NCBI GenBank assembly: GCA_050951325.1
Contig: JBMNIW010000009.1
Span: forward strand, 30,848-94,847
Direction of reading: 5' to 3'
Source of the DNA: Clostridia bacterium
GTDB taxonomy: Bacteria > Bacillota > Clostridia > UBA1212 > DUPL01
DNA: 64,000 bases
The first letter of the stretch is position 1; the number at the start of each line of letters is the position of its first letter. Positions 19,490-28,987 of this stretch are shown in pieces. The position numbers and the translations under genes are program-made. Below the pieces are notes generated by a model. The model saw nothing but the letters and a program-made list of their open reading frames with translations. It searched no databases and had not been told where the DNA came from.

Positions 19490-21610
19490 TCAACCCTTAT
19501 CGTTATTCTCCACAACATCCATTTTGTAGGAACATTTCTTGTTGCTGCAGGCAATCTGCGTGCCGCTTCTCCTATTCACATACTCAAGATGCTGACCGCA
19601 CTCGGGACACTTTTCACCTGTGGGTACATTCCAAGAGTTGAATTCGCAATCGGGATAGTTCGAGCAACCCACATATTTACGTCCTGTTTTTGTTTTCCTG
19701 TATATCAAAGGTTTGCCGCAGGAAGGACAGTCAACACCTACTTCTTCAACGATTGGTTTTGTGTTCCTGCACTCGGGAAATCCGGGACATGCCAGGAATT
19801 TTCCATACCTGCCGGTTTTGTACACCATCATTCTTCCACACTTGTCGCAAGGTACATCGCTTACAGGATCCTCAATCTTTACTTTTTCCAGTTCTTCCTC
19901 AGCCTTTTGTACCTGTTTTTCAAAAGGAGTGTAAAAATCCCTGATGACAGAAACCCAGTTTTCCTCTCCCTCGGCAATCTTGTCAAACCTGTCTTCAATA
20001 TTTGCCGTAAACTCCACGTTTACAATGTCATTAAAACTCTTTTTCAAAAGGTCATTAACTATCCTTCCGAGTTCCGTTGGAAACAGGACCTTCTTTTCCC
20101 TTCTGACATATCCTCTTGCCAGAATTGTCGAAATTGTAGGAGCATAAGTACTAGGTCTTCCAATGCCGTGCTCTTCCAGAGCCTTGACAAGGGATGCTTC
20201 CGTATACCTTGGTGGAGGCTGTGTGAAGTGCTGCTTTTTATCCAGCTTGTCAAGATTTAGAACCTCGCCAACCTCCAGTTTAGGCAGCTTCCTGTTGCCA
20301 TCCTCTTCATTTTCGTCATTGTTATCGCTCTTGGAATCCATATATATTGCGGTGTATCCCTTGAACTTCAATGTACTACCTGAAGCCTTGAAAAGATAAT
20401 CTCCTTTTGATGTGAGTATGTCTACACTAACCGTATCATAAACTGCTTCAGCCATCTGGGAAGCGATGAATCTCTCGTATATCAGTTTGTACAATTTGTA
20501 CTGATCGTTTGTCAGTTTGTCCTTTATCTTGCCAGGGGCATGCTCAAGATAAGTTGGTCTTATTGCCTCGTGAGCATCCTGGGCCTGATTCTTGTTTTTG
20601 TAAACTCTTTTCTTTTTTGGAACATACTCGTCTCCAAAATTGCCTTTAATATATTCAAGAGCCTGGTTTTGAGCATTGTCCGAAATCCTTACGGAGTCCG
20701 TTCTAATATACGTAACAAGACCGGTAACACCCTGTTTTCCACCCAAATCAATTCCTTCATAAAGCATCTGCGCAACCATCATCGTCTTTGAAGCAGGGAA
20801 CCCAAACCTTCTGGATGCCTCCTGCTGTAGAGTGCTGGTTGTAAAAGGTGGCGCTGGACTTCTTCTTCTTTCAGATTTCTTTAAATCAACAACCTTGAAC
20901 TCACTGTTTTCTATTTCATCGTAGATTGTTTTTGCCTGTTCCTCGTTTTCAACCTCTATTTTTCCACCTTGTTTTCCGTGGAATTTGGCCTCAAACCTAT
21001 CCTTTTTGCCAAACTTTGACAACAGAGCGGTAATGGACCAGTATTCCTTTGGCTCGAAGGCTTCTATCTCGTCTTCCCTGTCGCATATAAGTCTTGTGGC
21101 AACAGACTGCACCCTTCCCGCACTAAGTCCTTTTTTAACCTTTTTCCACAGAACAGGACTTATCTTGTAGCCAACAATCCTGTCCAAAACACGTCGTGCC
21201 TGATAAGTGTCCACCAGCTTCATATCTATCGGTCTTGGATTCTTAAAACCTTCCAAAACAGCATTTTTTGTGATTTCATTGAATGTGACCCTGCAAGGCT
21301 CATTGGCATCAATATCCAGCAACTGTGTCAGATGCCACGAAATGGCCTCTCCTTCCCTGTCCGGGTCCGTTGCAAGATATACCTTTTTTGCCTTTCCGGC
21401 TTCCTTCTTAAGGGTTTTAATCAAGTCACCCTTTCCTCTTATGTTAATATATTGAGGTTCAAAATCATTCTCTATATCAATTGCCAATTTGCTTTTTGGC
21501 AAATCCCTTACGTGCCCGGCCGACGCTTCGACCTTGTAGCTTCTGCCTAAAAACTTCTTTATTGTATTTGCTTTTGTGGGCGACTCCACAATAACAAGAT
21601 AATCAGCCAT
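19490..21610 (-). CDS. topA: DNA topoisomerase I
   Basis: LVIVESPTK, ATDPDREGEAI, SAGRVQS, TYIRTDS, GIGRPSTYA, C-terminal zinc ribbons. Confidence 0.98.
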   Translation of the reverse strand: MADYLVIVESPTKANTIKKFLGRSYKVEASAGHVRDLPKSKLAIDIENDFEPQYINIRGKGDLIKTLKKEAGKAKKVYLATDPDREGEAISWHLTQLLDIDANEPCRVTFNEITKNAVLEGFKNPRPIDMKLVDTYQARRVLDRIVGYKISPVLWKKVKKGLSAGRVQSVATRLICDREDEIEAFEPKEYWSITALLSKFGKKDRFEAKFHGKQGGKIEVENEEQAKTIYDEIENSEFKVVDLKKSERRRSPAPPFTTSTLQQEASRRFGFPASKTMMVAQMLYEGIDLGGKQGVTGLVTYIRTDSVRISDNAQNQALEYIKGNFGDEYVPKKKRVYKNKNQAQDAHEAIRPTYLEHAPGKIKDKLTNDQYKLYKLIYERFIASQMAEAVYDTVSVDILTSKGDYLFKASGSTLKFKGYTAIYMDSKSDNNDENEEDGNRKLPKLEVGEVLNLDKLDKKQHFTQPPPRYTEASLVKALEEHGIGRPSTYAPTISTILARGYVRREKKVLFPTELGRIVNDLLKKSFNDIVNVEFTANIEDRFDKIAEGEENWVSVIRDFYTPFEKQVQKAEEELEKVKIEDPVSDVPCDKCGRMMVYKTGRYGKFLACPGFPECRNTKPIVEEVGVDCPSCGKPLIYRKTKTGRKYVGCSNYPDCEFNSWNVPTGEKCPECGQHLEYVNRRSGTQIACSNKKCSYKMDVVENNDKG

Positions 21611-21685
21611 TTTTACTTTCCTCCAAATATGTTTGCTTAATTTAAAACCAACTCATGATAGCACAATCCGCATTTTCCATCAATA

Positions 21686-22777
21686 TTATATTACAACGTG
21701 CAGATTACCATGTCTATCCCTTCCCAATATACCCTTCACTTCCAAAATCGTCGTAATCGCAACGACTCTTGCGCTGTCCAACCCGGTTTTGCTGCAAATA
21801 TCCTCGATTTTAACACCTTTGTAAATCAAGTCTGCAACCATTGCCTCTTCCTTGTCCAAACCATTCAGCCAGCCGACAGTCCCGGCAATTTTCCTGCCTT
21901 CAATCAAATTCAAACCTTCCAACACATCGATAAAGCTGGTGGCGATACAGGCTCCAGCCTTTATCAGGCTGTTGCAGCCTTCGCTGTAACTCGAATCAAT
22001 ATTGCCAGGTACGGAAAATATATCTCTTCCCTCATTTATTGCAAAGTTCACAGTTATCATGGCGCCGCTTTTCTTTCCTGCCTCGCACACAAGAAGCCCT
22101 TTGCCAAGACCGGCGATGATTCTGTTTCTTGCTGGAAAATGATGCTTAAGCGGCATTGTGCCCGGCGGATACTCCGAAAGAACAAGTCCGTTCTCTTTTA
22201 TCCTGTAGTATATAACCTCGTTCTCCAAAGGATAAATGTTGTCAGGTCCTCCTCCCAGTACCGCAATTGTGTATCCATTTGCATCAAGACATCCCACATG
22301 AGCTCTGGCATCTATGCCTTTTGCCATCCCGCTTACAATTCCAACACCGTGTTTTGCAATATTGAAACACATGTCATATGTGACTTTTCTTCCATATGCG
22401 GAACACTTTCTTGAACCCACAACCGACAAGAGAGTCGTGTTTTTATCCGGCAATTTACCATAATAGTACAAAACGAATGGTGGGTCAAATATATTTTTCA
22501 AATCCTCAGGATAATCCTCCCTGAAAACATGCGTTATTTTGACACCCTTTTCCAAAACCCTTTCGTAAATCCTTGCTGCCCTGTCCTTAATGGATTCATC
22601 CATTAGTCTCTGACATAATAACCGATTATTCCTGATTTCACAAGTCACATCAGTATAACTTTTAACCAAATAAGCTTCTCTCAAGCTCCCATAGTTTTCT
22701 ACCAGCAGACTCGCAATTTTGTTTGCAGGTCTTCCAAGCAAAGTAATCCAAATATGTACAAGATTATCAGAATACAT
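21686..22777 (-). CDS. dprA: DNA-processing protein A
   Basis: YPEDL..PP.VLY, VVGSR, IVSGMAKGID, FPARNRIIAG, SGAMIT, VPGNI; upstream of topA. Confidence 0.95.
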   Translation of the reverse strand: MYSDNLVHIWITLLGRPANKIASLLVENYGSLREAYLVKSYTDVTCEIRNNRLLCQRLMDESIKDRAARIYERVLEKGVKITHVFREDYPEDLKNIFDPPFVLYYYGKLPDKNTTLLSVVGSRKCSAYGRKVTYDMCFNIAKHGVGIVSGMAKGIDARAHVGCLDANGYTIAVLGGGPDNIYPLENEVIYYRIKENGLVLSEYPPGTMPLKHHFPARNRIIAGLGKGLLVCEAGKKSGAMITVNFAINEGRDIFSVPGNIDSSYSEGCNSLIKAGACIATSFIDVLEGLNLIEGRKIAGTVGWLNGLDKEEAMVADLIYKGVKIEDICSKTGLDSARVVAITTILEVKGILGRDRHGNLHVVI

Positions 22778-22795
22778 TAAACAATCCTCCTCGTA

Positions 22796-23365
22796 TTATA
22801 TAGTAGTAGTTTTTAAATAAATATAACACGATACATAACCCAAAGCTTCAGCCACATCAAACTTGGATATCGTCTCTCGTAAATCAAGGTCCGCTATTGT
22901 TCTTGACACCCTGAACACCTTGTCCATGTCTACCATGCTGCATCTATAAATTTTTTGTGCCTCTTTTATAAACTCCTGTGCCTCCAAATCCATCCTGCAA
23001 TACTTTTCAAAACCGTTTCTACTCAGGCTTCCGTTAAACTTGAACGAATTGCTTTCATACCGCTTTTCCTGTATCCTGTGAACAGTATTTATCCTTTCAT
23101 GATCCACATCCTGTCTCAAATCATTAATCGGCACGTACATGTCCGATGAGTTTAATTGTCTGGATGGAATATTGGCAAATGTGTACTGTATGTCCAGATC
23201 CGTGCATGTACAATCTCTCCTGAAAAGAAGACCACATTTGCAGGGTGAATAGCAAGAAACAAAAAACTCTTCACATGTGATTGGCATTAAATCAACACTG
23301 CCAAAAAGCATGCAGTTGTGTTTTCCTGACAAAGCTATTTCCAAAATCCTCTTCAAACTATACAT
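22796..23365 (-). CDS. Truncated, internally deleted ComM/YifB (Mg-chelatase-like) homologue
   Basis: KRILEIALSGKHN, PCKCG..CTC, IQEKRY, KYC, RVSRTIADL, AEALGY; canonical position upstream of dprA; Walker A/B and N-terminal domain missing. Confidence 0.7.
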   Translation of the reverse strand: MYSLKRILEIALSGKHNCMLFGSVDLMPITCEEFFVSCYSPCKCGLLFRRDCTCTDLDIQYTFANIPSRQLNSSDMYVPINDLRQDVDHERINTVHRIQEKRYESNSFKFNGSLSRNGFEKYCRMDLEAQEFIKEAQKIYRCSMVDMDKVFRVSRTIADLDLRETISKFDVAEALGYVSCYIYLKTTTI

Positions 23366-23384
23366 GACATATCCTTTCTGAAAA

Positions 23385-23432
23385 TAAAAAACCCTCCATC
23401 ATTGCAGCATTCCTGCAATATTCTGGGGGGAT
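23385..23432 (-). terminator. Probable nrdR terminator
   Basis: Minus strand CCCCC..TATTGCAG-GAATG-CTGCAATG..GAGGG followed by TTTTTATTTT. Confidence 0.55.
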
Positions 23433-23460
23433 GAAAATCATATTCAGCTTTAGATCTTAT

Positions 23461-23928
23461 TTATTCAATTCTTGTGCTATTCTGCATAATTCCTTTTAGT
23501 TCTTCCATGAAAGTATCTATATCCTTGAACTCCTTGTATACGGATGCAAACCTTACATAAGCCACCTGATCAAGATGCCTAAGCTTTTCCATTACAAATT
23601 CTCCAATTTCCTTGGAGGAAATTTCCTTCTTCAAAGAGTTCAAAAAATACTGTTCTGCTTCATCTGCAAGCGCTTCCACCTGCTTGAGCTTAATTGGTCT
23701 TTTCTCACAGGCTCTCATTACACCAGAGATAAGCTTGTACCTGTCAAAGGCCTGTCTAGTTCCGTCTTTTTTAATCACGAACAACTGGGTGCTCTCAATC
23801 TTCTCATAAGTAGTATATCTGGATCCGCAAGCCAAACACTCTCTACGCCTGCGTATAACGGTGTGTTCATCCGTAGGCCTTGAGTCTATTACCTTGTCGT
23901 CCAAATGATTGCAGTAAGGACACTTCAC
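23461..23928 (-). CDS. nrdR: Transcriptional repressor NrdR
   Basis: KCPYC..KVIDSR..RRRRECLACGSRYTTYE, ATP-cone, AYVRFASVY; GTG start at 23928. Confidence 0.96.
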   Translation of the reverse strand: MKCPYCNHLDDKVIDSRPTDEHTVIRRRRECLACGSRYTTYEKIESTQLFVIKKDGTRQAFDRYKLISGVMRACEKRPIKLKQVEALADEAEQYFLNSLKKEISSKEIGEFVMEKLRHLDQVAYVRFASVYKEFKDIDTFMEELKGIMQNSTRIE

Positions 23929-23961
23929 GTCAGCTCCACCCACTTTCAAAATATTTAGTAT

Positions 23962-23991
23962 ATTATACAACATTTTCCTATATCAATGCAA
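23962..23991 (-). promoter_or_regulatory. sigmaA promoter of nrdR
   Basis: TTGCAT, 18 bp, TATAAT. Confidence 0.65.
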
Positions 23992-23996
23992 GGAAT

Positions 23997-24028
23997 AAAA
24001 AGTCTTCCAGTTAAGGAAACCGGAAGAC
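23997..24028 (-). terminator. Orphan intrinsic terminator upstream of nrdR promoter
   Basis: Minus strand GTCTTCCGGTT-TCCTT-AACTGGAAGAC followed by TTTTT. Confidence 0.7.
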
Positions 24029-24259
24029 ATCAAATCAAACCCTTTTCATTTATTCAATCAAGCGGGATTATGAAGTTAACAACAAAACAAAGAATACTGA
24101 CGCTTTTTTAAATAACACAACAATACACTCCATTTCTGTATTTAATTTCGTTATTCCTTTTATCCTTATCTTACTTAATGTTACAGTATCTGTAAATTAC
24201 AAAAATAAATTTCTTTTTTTGGTAACGGTTTATTAATCTTTTATACACGGTCTGCTTCA

Positions 24260-24288
24260 TTGATTTTGAATATGTCACATGATATAAT
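24260..24288 (+). promoter_or_regulatory. Extended -10 sigmaA promoter of mutS-like gene
   Basis: TTGATT, 17 bp, TG-A-TATAAT. Confidence 0.7.
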
Positions 24289-24326
24289 GGTTTAAAGTAA
24301 AAAAGTCAAACAGGAGTGAGAAACGA

Positions 24327-26090
24327 ATGGATCAAAAGTTTATGTTCAGTCTCTTGTGGCCTGACTACTTCGAAGGTAAGAAAATGGAAGACAGGATAAG
24401 AAGTGGTGATGGCAAACTGTATAATCAGGATTTTCTAGAAAGAGACATGAACGTGGAAATGCTACTAGAAGGCATGGAAGTAAAAAATGAAAGCAGACCC
24501 TACGTTAAAGCCCGCTTGATGGACATGGTTCTCGACGAGAAAATTATCAAGTATCGACAAGATATCCTTCAGGATTTTCTTGACTATCCGGAAATCCAAC
24601 AAGCCTTTGACCTGGAACTGATGCCGCTTGTTATCAATCTGAATAAAATGCAGAAAACCAACATATCCCATGACGACGACATCAGAAAAATTGCATGGCG
24701 ACTCGAAATTCTCAGGGTGTACACCCAGTGTGTCACGATACTGCATCGTGTCTTTTGCAGCAAAGATAGAGATTTCACATCTGAAGGACTGCAGAGACTT
24801 CAATCAATTATTTCCAGCATTGTAGAAAACGAAGGATATAAGGAACTGGTAAGACTTTTGCCTGATTTGCATGAAAAGCTGCAGACAATGTCCGGTGTAA
24901 CTCTTGGTGTCAATCTGGACCATGAATTAAGACCAACCGAGGCTGTTTTGTTGTCCATTGAACCAAAACCTTTTAGAAACAAGGCTCTCTTAACGTCAAT
25001 TTTTGGAACTAGACGAAATGATGAAATGTATCATGGAATTGGAACGTTTTATTCAATTCTTAAAGATACTACAGCCAATGCTCTTGACCAAGCGATAATG
25101 AGGGACCTGGCTTATGTCATGGAAGATACTTTCAGACACATGGCCATGGTACTCAACCGCTTTGCCTGGGTTGAAACCGCATTCATTTTTGATTTGGTTC
25201 CAGAAGTCTACTACTACATCGGCGGCAGTAACCTGGCACGCAACCTCTTGGAAGGCGGAATGCCTGTATGCTTCCCTACTCCAATGCCAGCGGAAGACAG
25301 AGTATTTATAGTAAAGGATCTTTACGATGCAAGCTTTGCTATACGAATTCTCTCCGATACTGGAATAAAGGCACTTCACAACATTATCGTCACCAACAAT
25401 GCAAGAATGTGCGACGACCCGGGAAGACTGCTCATACTTACTGGTGCGAACCAGGGCGGAAAGACCACCTTTACAAGAGCAGTTGGCATTGCGCAGATTC
25501 TGTTCCAGGCTGGTCTTCCAATACCAGGCACCGAAGGAAAAATCAGTCCTGTGGATAATATATACACTCACTTCCCTGAGCTTGAGAAGAACTCCATCAG
25601 CGAAGGCCGTTTGGGTGAAGAGTGCGTAAGGCTTGAAGGCATTCTGCCAAGACTTACAAAGTACAGCATGATACTCATGAACGAATCACTGTCAAGTACC
25701 AGCCACCAGGAAAGCCTGACTATTGCTGAGGAAATCATGAAATACCTCAGAACCATCGGTGCAAGAGGCGTATTTGCAACCCATATGCATGAACTTGCAG
25801 AAGATTTGAATGAGATTAACAAACAGTCTGCCCTCAGCAACCTAGTAAGCCTTGTGGCAGGTGTTGATGAAGAACAGCAAATGGAGGTAATGACGGAAGA
25901 AGGCATTAAGACATTCAGAGGCTCCAAGAGAACGTACAAGATTGTCGAATCTCCACCACAAGGAAGAAGCTTTGCTCTTGACATTGCAAGAACGTACGGA
26001 ATTACCTTTGAACAATTGCTTGATTCACATAAAAACAGACATGAACTGGGTGTGGAGGAAGAAACTCCTCTCCCAAGAAGGATAGTATAG
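24327..26090 (+). CDS. MutS-related ATPase (domain V, no mismatch-binding domain evident)
   Basis: YRQDILQD, ILTGANQGGKTTF, THFP..E..GRLGEE, LMNESLSST, FATHMHEL, S.ALDIA. Confidence 0.85.
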   Translation: MDQKFMFSLLWPDYFEGKKMEDRIRSGDGKLYNQDFLERDMNVEMLLEGMEVKNESRPYVKARLMDMVLDEKIIKYRQDILQDFLDYPEIQQAFDLELMPLVINLNKMQKTNISHDDDIRKIAWRLEILRVYTQCVTILHRVFCSKDRDFTSEGLQRLQSIISSIVENEGYKELVRLLPDLHEKLQTMSGVTLGVNLDHELRPTEAVLLSIEPKPFRNKALLTSIFGTRRNDEMYHGIGTFYSILKDTTANALDQAIMRDLAYVMEDTFRHMAMVLNRFAWVETAFIFDLVPEVYYYIGGSNLARNLLEGGMPVCFPTPMPAEDRVFIVKDLYDASFAIRILSDTGIKALHNIIVTNNARMCDDPGRLLILTGANQGGKTTFTRAVGIAQILFQAGLPIPGTEGKISPVDNIYTHFPELEKNSISEGRLGEECVRLEGILPRLTKYSMILMNESLSSTSHQESLTIAEEIMKYLRTIGARGVFATHMHELAEDLNEINKQSALSNLVSLVAGVDEEQQMEVMTEEGIKTFRGSKRTYKIVESPPQGRSFALDIARTYGITFEQLLDSHKNRHELGVEEETPLPRRIV

Positions 26091-26105
26091 GGTGAAATTT
26101 AATAT

Positions 26106-27317
26106 ATGAAATATGTTGTAGTATTAGGTGACGGAATGGCTGATTACCCAGTGAAAGAGCTGGGCTATAAGACACCATTGCAATATGCCAACAAGCCAAA
26201 CATGGACAAGCTTGCTTCATCAGGTGAATTGGGACTTGTGAATACCGTGCCCTTGAACATGAAGATACCTGGCAGCGATATAGCCAACATGTCGGTTTTG
26301 GGATACGATCCTGAAAAATACTATACAGGACGCTCCCCTCTTGAAGCTGTAAGTATGAATATCGATTTAGGAGAAGATGATCTGGCTGTACGATGCAATC
26401 TGGTAACACTCAGCGCTGAAGAGAACTATGAGGACAAAACCATGGTTGACTACAGCAGTGACGAGATTACATCGGAAGAGGCAGCCGAACTTATTAAACT
26501 GGTTGACGAAAAGCTTGGCAGCAATACCATCAGATTCCATGCCGGAGTCAGCTACAGGCACTGCATGGTTTGGAAATTGAAAGAAGATTCAAACCTTGAC
26601 CTGACACCTCCCCATGACATATCAACAAAAAAGATTGCCAATTACCTGCCCAAAACAGAACAAGGAAAAATCCTTCTTGAACTTATGAAGGAAAGCGAAA
26701 AGCTTCTTAAGGATCACCCCATAAACAAAGACAGAATAAAGAGGGGTTTGAATCCTGCAAACTCCATCTGGCTTTGGGGCGAAGGGAGAAAGCCTTATCT
26801 TGACAGCTTTTATAACAAGTACAAGTTAAAGGGAGCGGTTGTATCAGCAGTTGACTTAATCAAGGGTATAGGTTTGTGTGCAGGCCTTAAGCCACTTTAT
26901 GTAAAAGGTGCAACGGGCAACATCAACACGGACTTTTCCGCAAAAGCTCAAATTGCAATTGACTACCTTCTCAATGAAGGAGACTTTGTTTACATACATG
27001 TGGAAGCCCCGGATGAATGTGGGCACAGGCATGAAATCGAGAACAAGGTAAGAGCAATTGAGCTTATTGACGAGAAAGTGGTTGGTCCGATACTTGAGCA
27101 AATGGAAAAACAGGGCGACTTCAAGATTATGATACTGCCCGACCATGCAACTCCATTGTCACTAAGAACCCACACCCACGATCCGGTGCCTTACATTATA
27201 TATGACAGCACCAATATAAATAAATCGTCAAATCTCAATTATGACGAGGAAAGCGCAAAGAAAACGAACTTGATAATAGAAAAAGGTCACAAATTAATGG
27301 ACCGTTTTCTAAAATAA
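26106..27317 (+). CDS. Cofactor-independent phosphoglycerate mutase (ApgM type)
   Basis: LGDGMAD, TPLQ.A..PNMD, PGSDIAN, YTGRSPLEA, HVEAPDECGH, PDHATP. Confidence 0.9.
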   Translation: MKYVVVLGDGMADYPVKELGYKTPLQYANKPNMDKLASSGELGLVNTVPLNMKIPGSDIANMSVLGYDPEKYYTGRSPLEAVSMNIDLGEDDLAVRCNLVTLSAEENYEDKTMVDYSSDEITSEEAAELIKLVDEKLGSNTIRFHAGVSYRHCMVWKLKEDSNLDLTPPHDISTKKIANYLPKTEQGKILLELMKESEKLLKDHPINKDRIKRGLNPANSIWLWGEGRKPYLDSFYNKYKLKGAVVSAVDLIKGIGLCAGLKPLYVKGATGNINTDFSAKAQIAIDYLLNEGDFVYIHVEAPDECGHRHEIENKVRAIELIDEKVVGPILEQMEKQGDFKIMILPDHATPLSLRTHTHDPVPYIIYDSTNINKSSNLNYDEESAKKTNLIIEKGHKLMDRFLK

Positions 27318-27342
27318 CACCAAAAAAGATAGGATTAATATC

Positions 27343-28023
27343 CTATCTTTTTTGATTTATCAAACTCTCAATTCTTCTTTCAATTTCCTCAGCGATCTCC
27401 TCTATCGGTCTCATCCTGCCATCAACAGTACAATCGAGCAGCCATACATTGTCAAAATGCTTTGCAGCTTCAATATACCCTTGTCTTACCTTGTCAAGAA
27501 GTTCCCTGTTCTTCTCATAGACATCGGCACTATCGCCTACATAGTCCCTGTGCCCTTTTAAGGAAACATTCCTTCTTGAATTGTCAGTAGTTACATCAAA
27601 CACAATAAACAAGTCAGGTTTTGGTATCTCAAGAATCCCATACTCAAGCTCATGAATCCAAGCTATCAAATCCCTCTTCTTTTCATCACAAGTTCTGTTG
27701 CTTTGATACACCGCATTGGACAAAGTGGATCTGTTAAGAAGAACAATGTCATATACGGACAAATCCGTATTTTTGAAAGCAAGCCATCTATCCATGGCGT
27801 ACCAAAGGGACATGGATTTAACATCCATGTTACTGGCAGTAGTTTCCTCTTTTCCAGAAAGAAAAATGCCTATTTCCTTTCCAAAAAAGGAGTCATAAAC
27901 AGGGAAATCCAAAACCCCTACCCTATAGCCTTTTCTTGAAAGCCTCTCACTAGCTTCCTTTAGCTGCACTCCTTTTCCACTGCCATCAATGCCTTCAAAA
28001 GCAATGATTAAGGTTTTTTTCAT
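27343..28023 (-). CDS. Thymidylate (dTMP) kinase family protein
   Basis: IAFEGIDGSGKGVQ, DFPVY, YAMDR, PKPDL; ATG 28023 behind AAGGAG. Confidence 0.85.
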   Translation of the reverse strand: MKKTLIIAFEGIDGSGKGVQLKEASERLSRKGYRVGVLDFPVYDSFFGKEIGIFLSGKEETTASNMDVKSMSLWYAMDRWLAFKNTDLSVYDIVLLNRSTLSNAVYQSNRTCDEKKRDLIAWIHELEYGILEIPKPDLFIVFDVTTDNSRRNVSLKGHRDYVGDSADVYEKNRELLDKVRQGYIEAAKHFDNVWLLDCTVDGRMRPIEEIAEEIERRIESLINQKR

Positions 28024-28042
28024 TTCACTACTCCTTGCCAAA

Positions 28043-28909
28043 TTAAAATCCATTGTTCAAATAATAGTATATCTCACTGTTGGTGACAAATATCAGGTCT
28101 TCCGCTTCAGACAGTTTTTTGAGTATGCTTTCAAACTCATCCCAACTGTCATATAAATCAAACTCCCAGGAATGACCCCATACATAAAGAAGCATATCCT
28201 CCTTTGCTTCCTGTGATATGAACTTGTCAACAAGATTCTTCACTTCAGACTGGTGACAAGTAGGTCTCCATATCATAAAATTGTTGGGCATGGTAAAACG
28301 ATAGGTTGAAGATGTTTCTCTTGCATACTTTATTTCCGTATTATTCTGTATTACATCAATAACCCTGCGGTTGTAAAACGGTCCTCCAGGATAGGCCATG
28401 CCTATCACCTTTTGTCCCATAACTTCCTGAATTGTATTGAAATCATCATTCACTTCCTTAATTATATCCTCATCTTCCAAGGTTCTTAAATCAGGATGAT
28501 TTACTGTATGCACGGCAACTTCATGTCCTTCATACACACTTTTGATTTCCTCGGCTGATAGCTTGGTGAAGTCCACATTACCGTCCTGCAAATTTAAAGT
28601 ACCTTCCACCCCTAGTGAACCGGTATTTATGTTGAATGTGCACTTAATACCATATTTGTTGAACAACTCAGCCAGCCTTTTGTCCTGAACTGTTCCGTCA
28701 TCAAAACTAAAAGTCACAAACTTATGCGGCTTGCTCTTGTCCAAACTCTTGATAAAATCAGACACGGGTTCTCTCAAGGTTTCCGTCACAGGTGGCTCTT
28801 CCGTAGGCTCGATAATATCTTCTTTTTTTTCTTCGTTGGCTTTCGTACATGAACCAAGCACAAAACACATAGTTAATGCAATAAAAACTTTGAAAAACTT
28901 TGTAACCAT
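28043..28909 (-). CDS. Polysaccharide deacetylase (CE4) lipoprotein
   Basis: Lipobox LGSC, TFSFDDG, GHEVAVHTVNHP, AYPGG, WGHSWE. Confidence 0.87.
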   Translation of the reverse strand: MVTKFFKVFIALTMCFVLGSCTKANEEKKEDIIEPTEEPPVTETLREPVSDFIKSLDKSKPHKFVTFSFDDGTVQDKRLAELFNKYGIKCTFNINTGSLGVEGTLNLQDGNVDFTKLSAEEIKSVYEGHEVAVHTVNHPDLRTLEDEDIIKEVNDDFNTIQEVMGQKVIGMAYPGGPFYNRRVIDVIQNNTEIKYARETSSTYRFTMPNNFMIWRPTCHQSEVKNLVDKFISQEAKEDMLLYVWGHSWEFDLYDSWDEFESILKKLSEAEDLIFVTNSEIYYYLNNGF

Positions 28910-28987
28910 ATATCCTCCAAAAAAAAGTAATCATCCTCTAGTTTAGCACCAGAAAAAACATAAAACAAGAGGCACATGCCCCTTTTA

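Noticed and set aside
19589-22414. Long antisense ORFs (e.g. 19589-20260, 21698-22414)
   Set aside because: Shadows of topA and dprA with no motifs or RBS; the same applies to most short track ORFs
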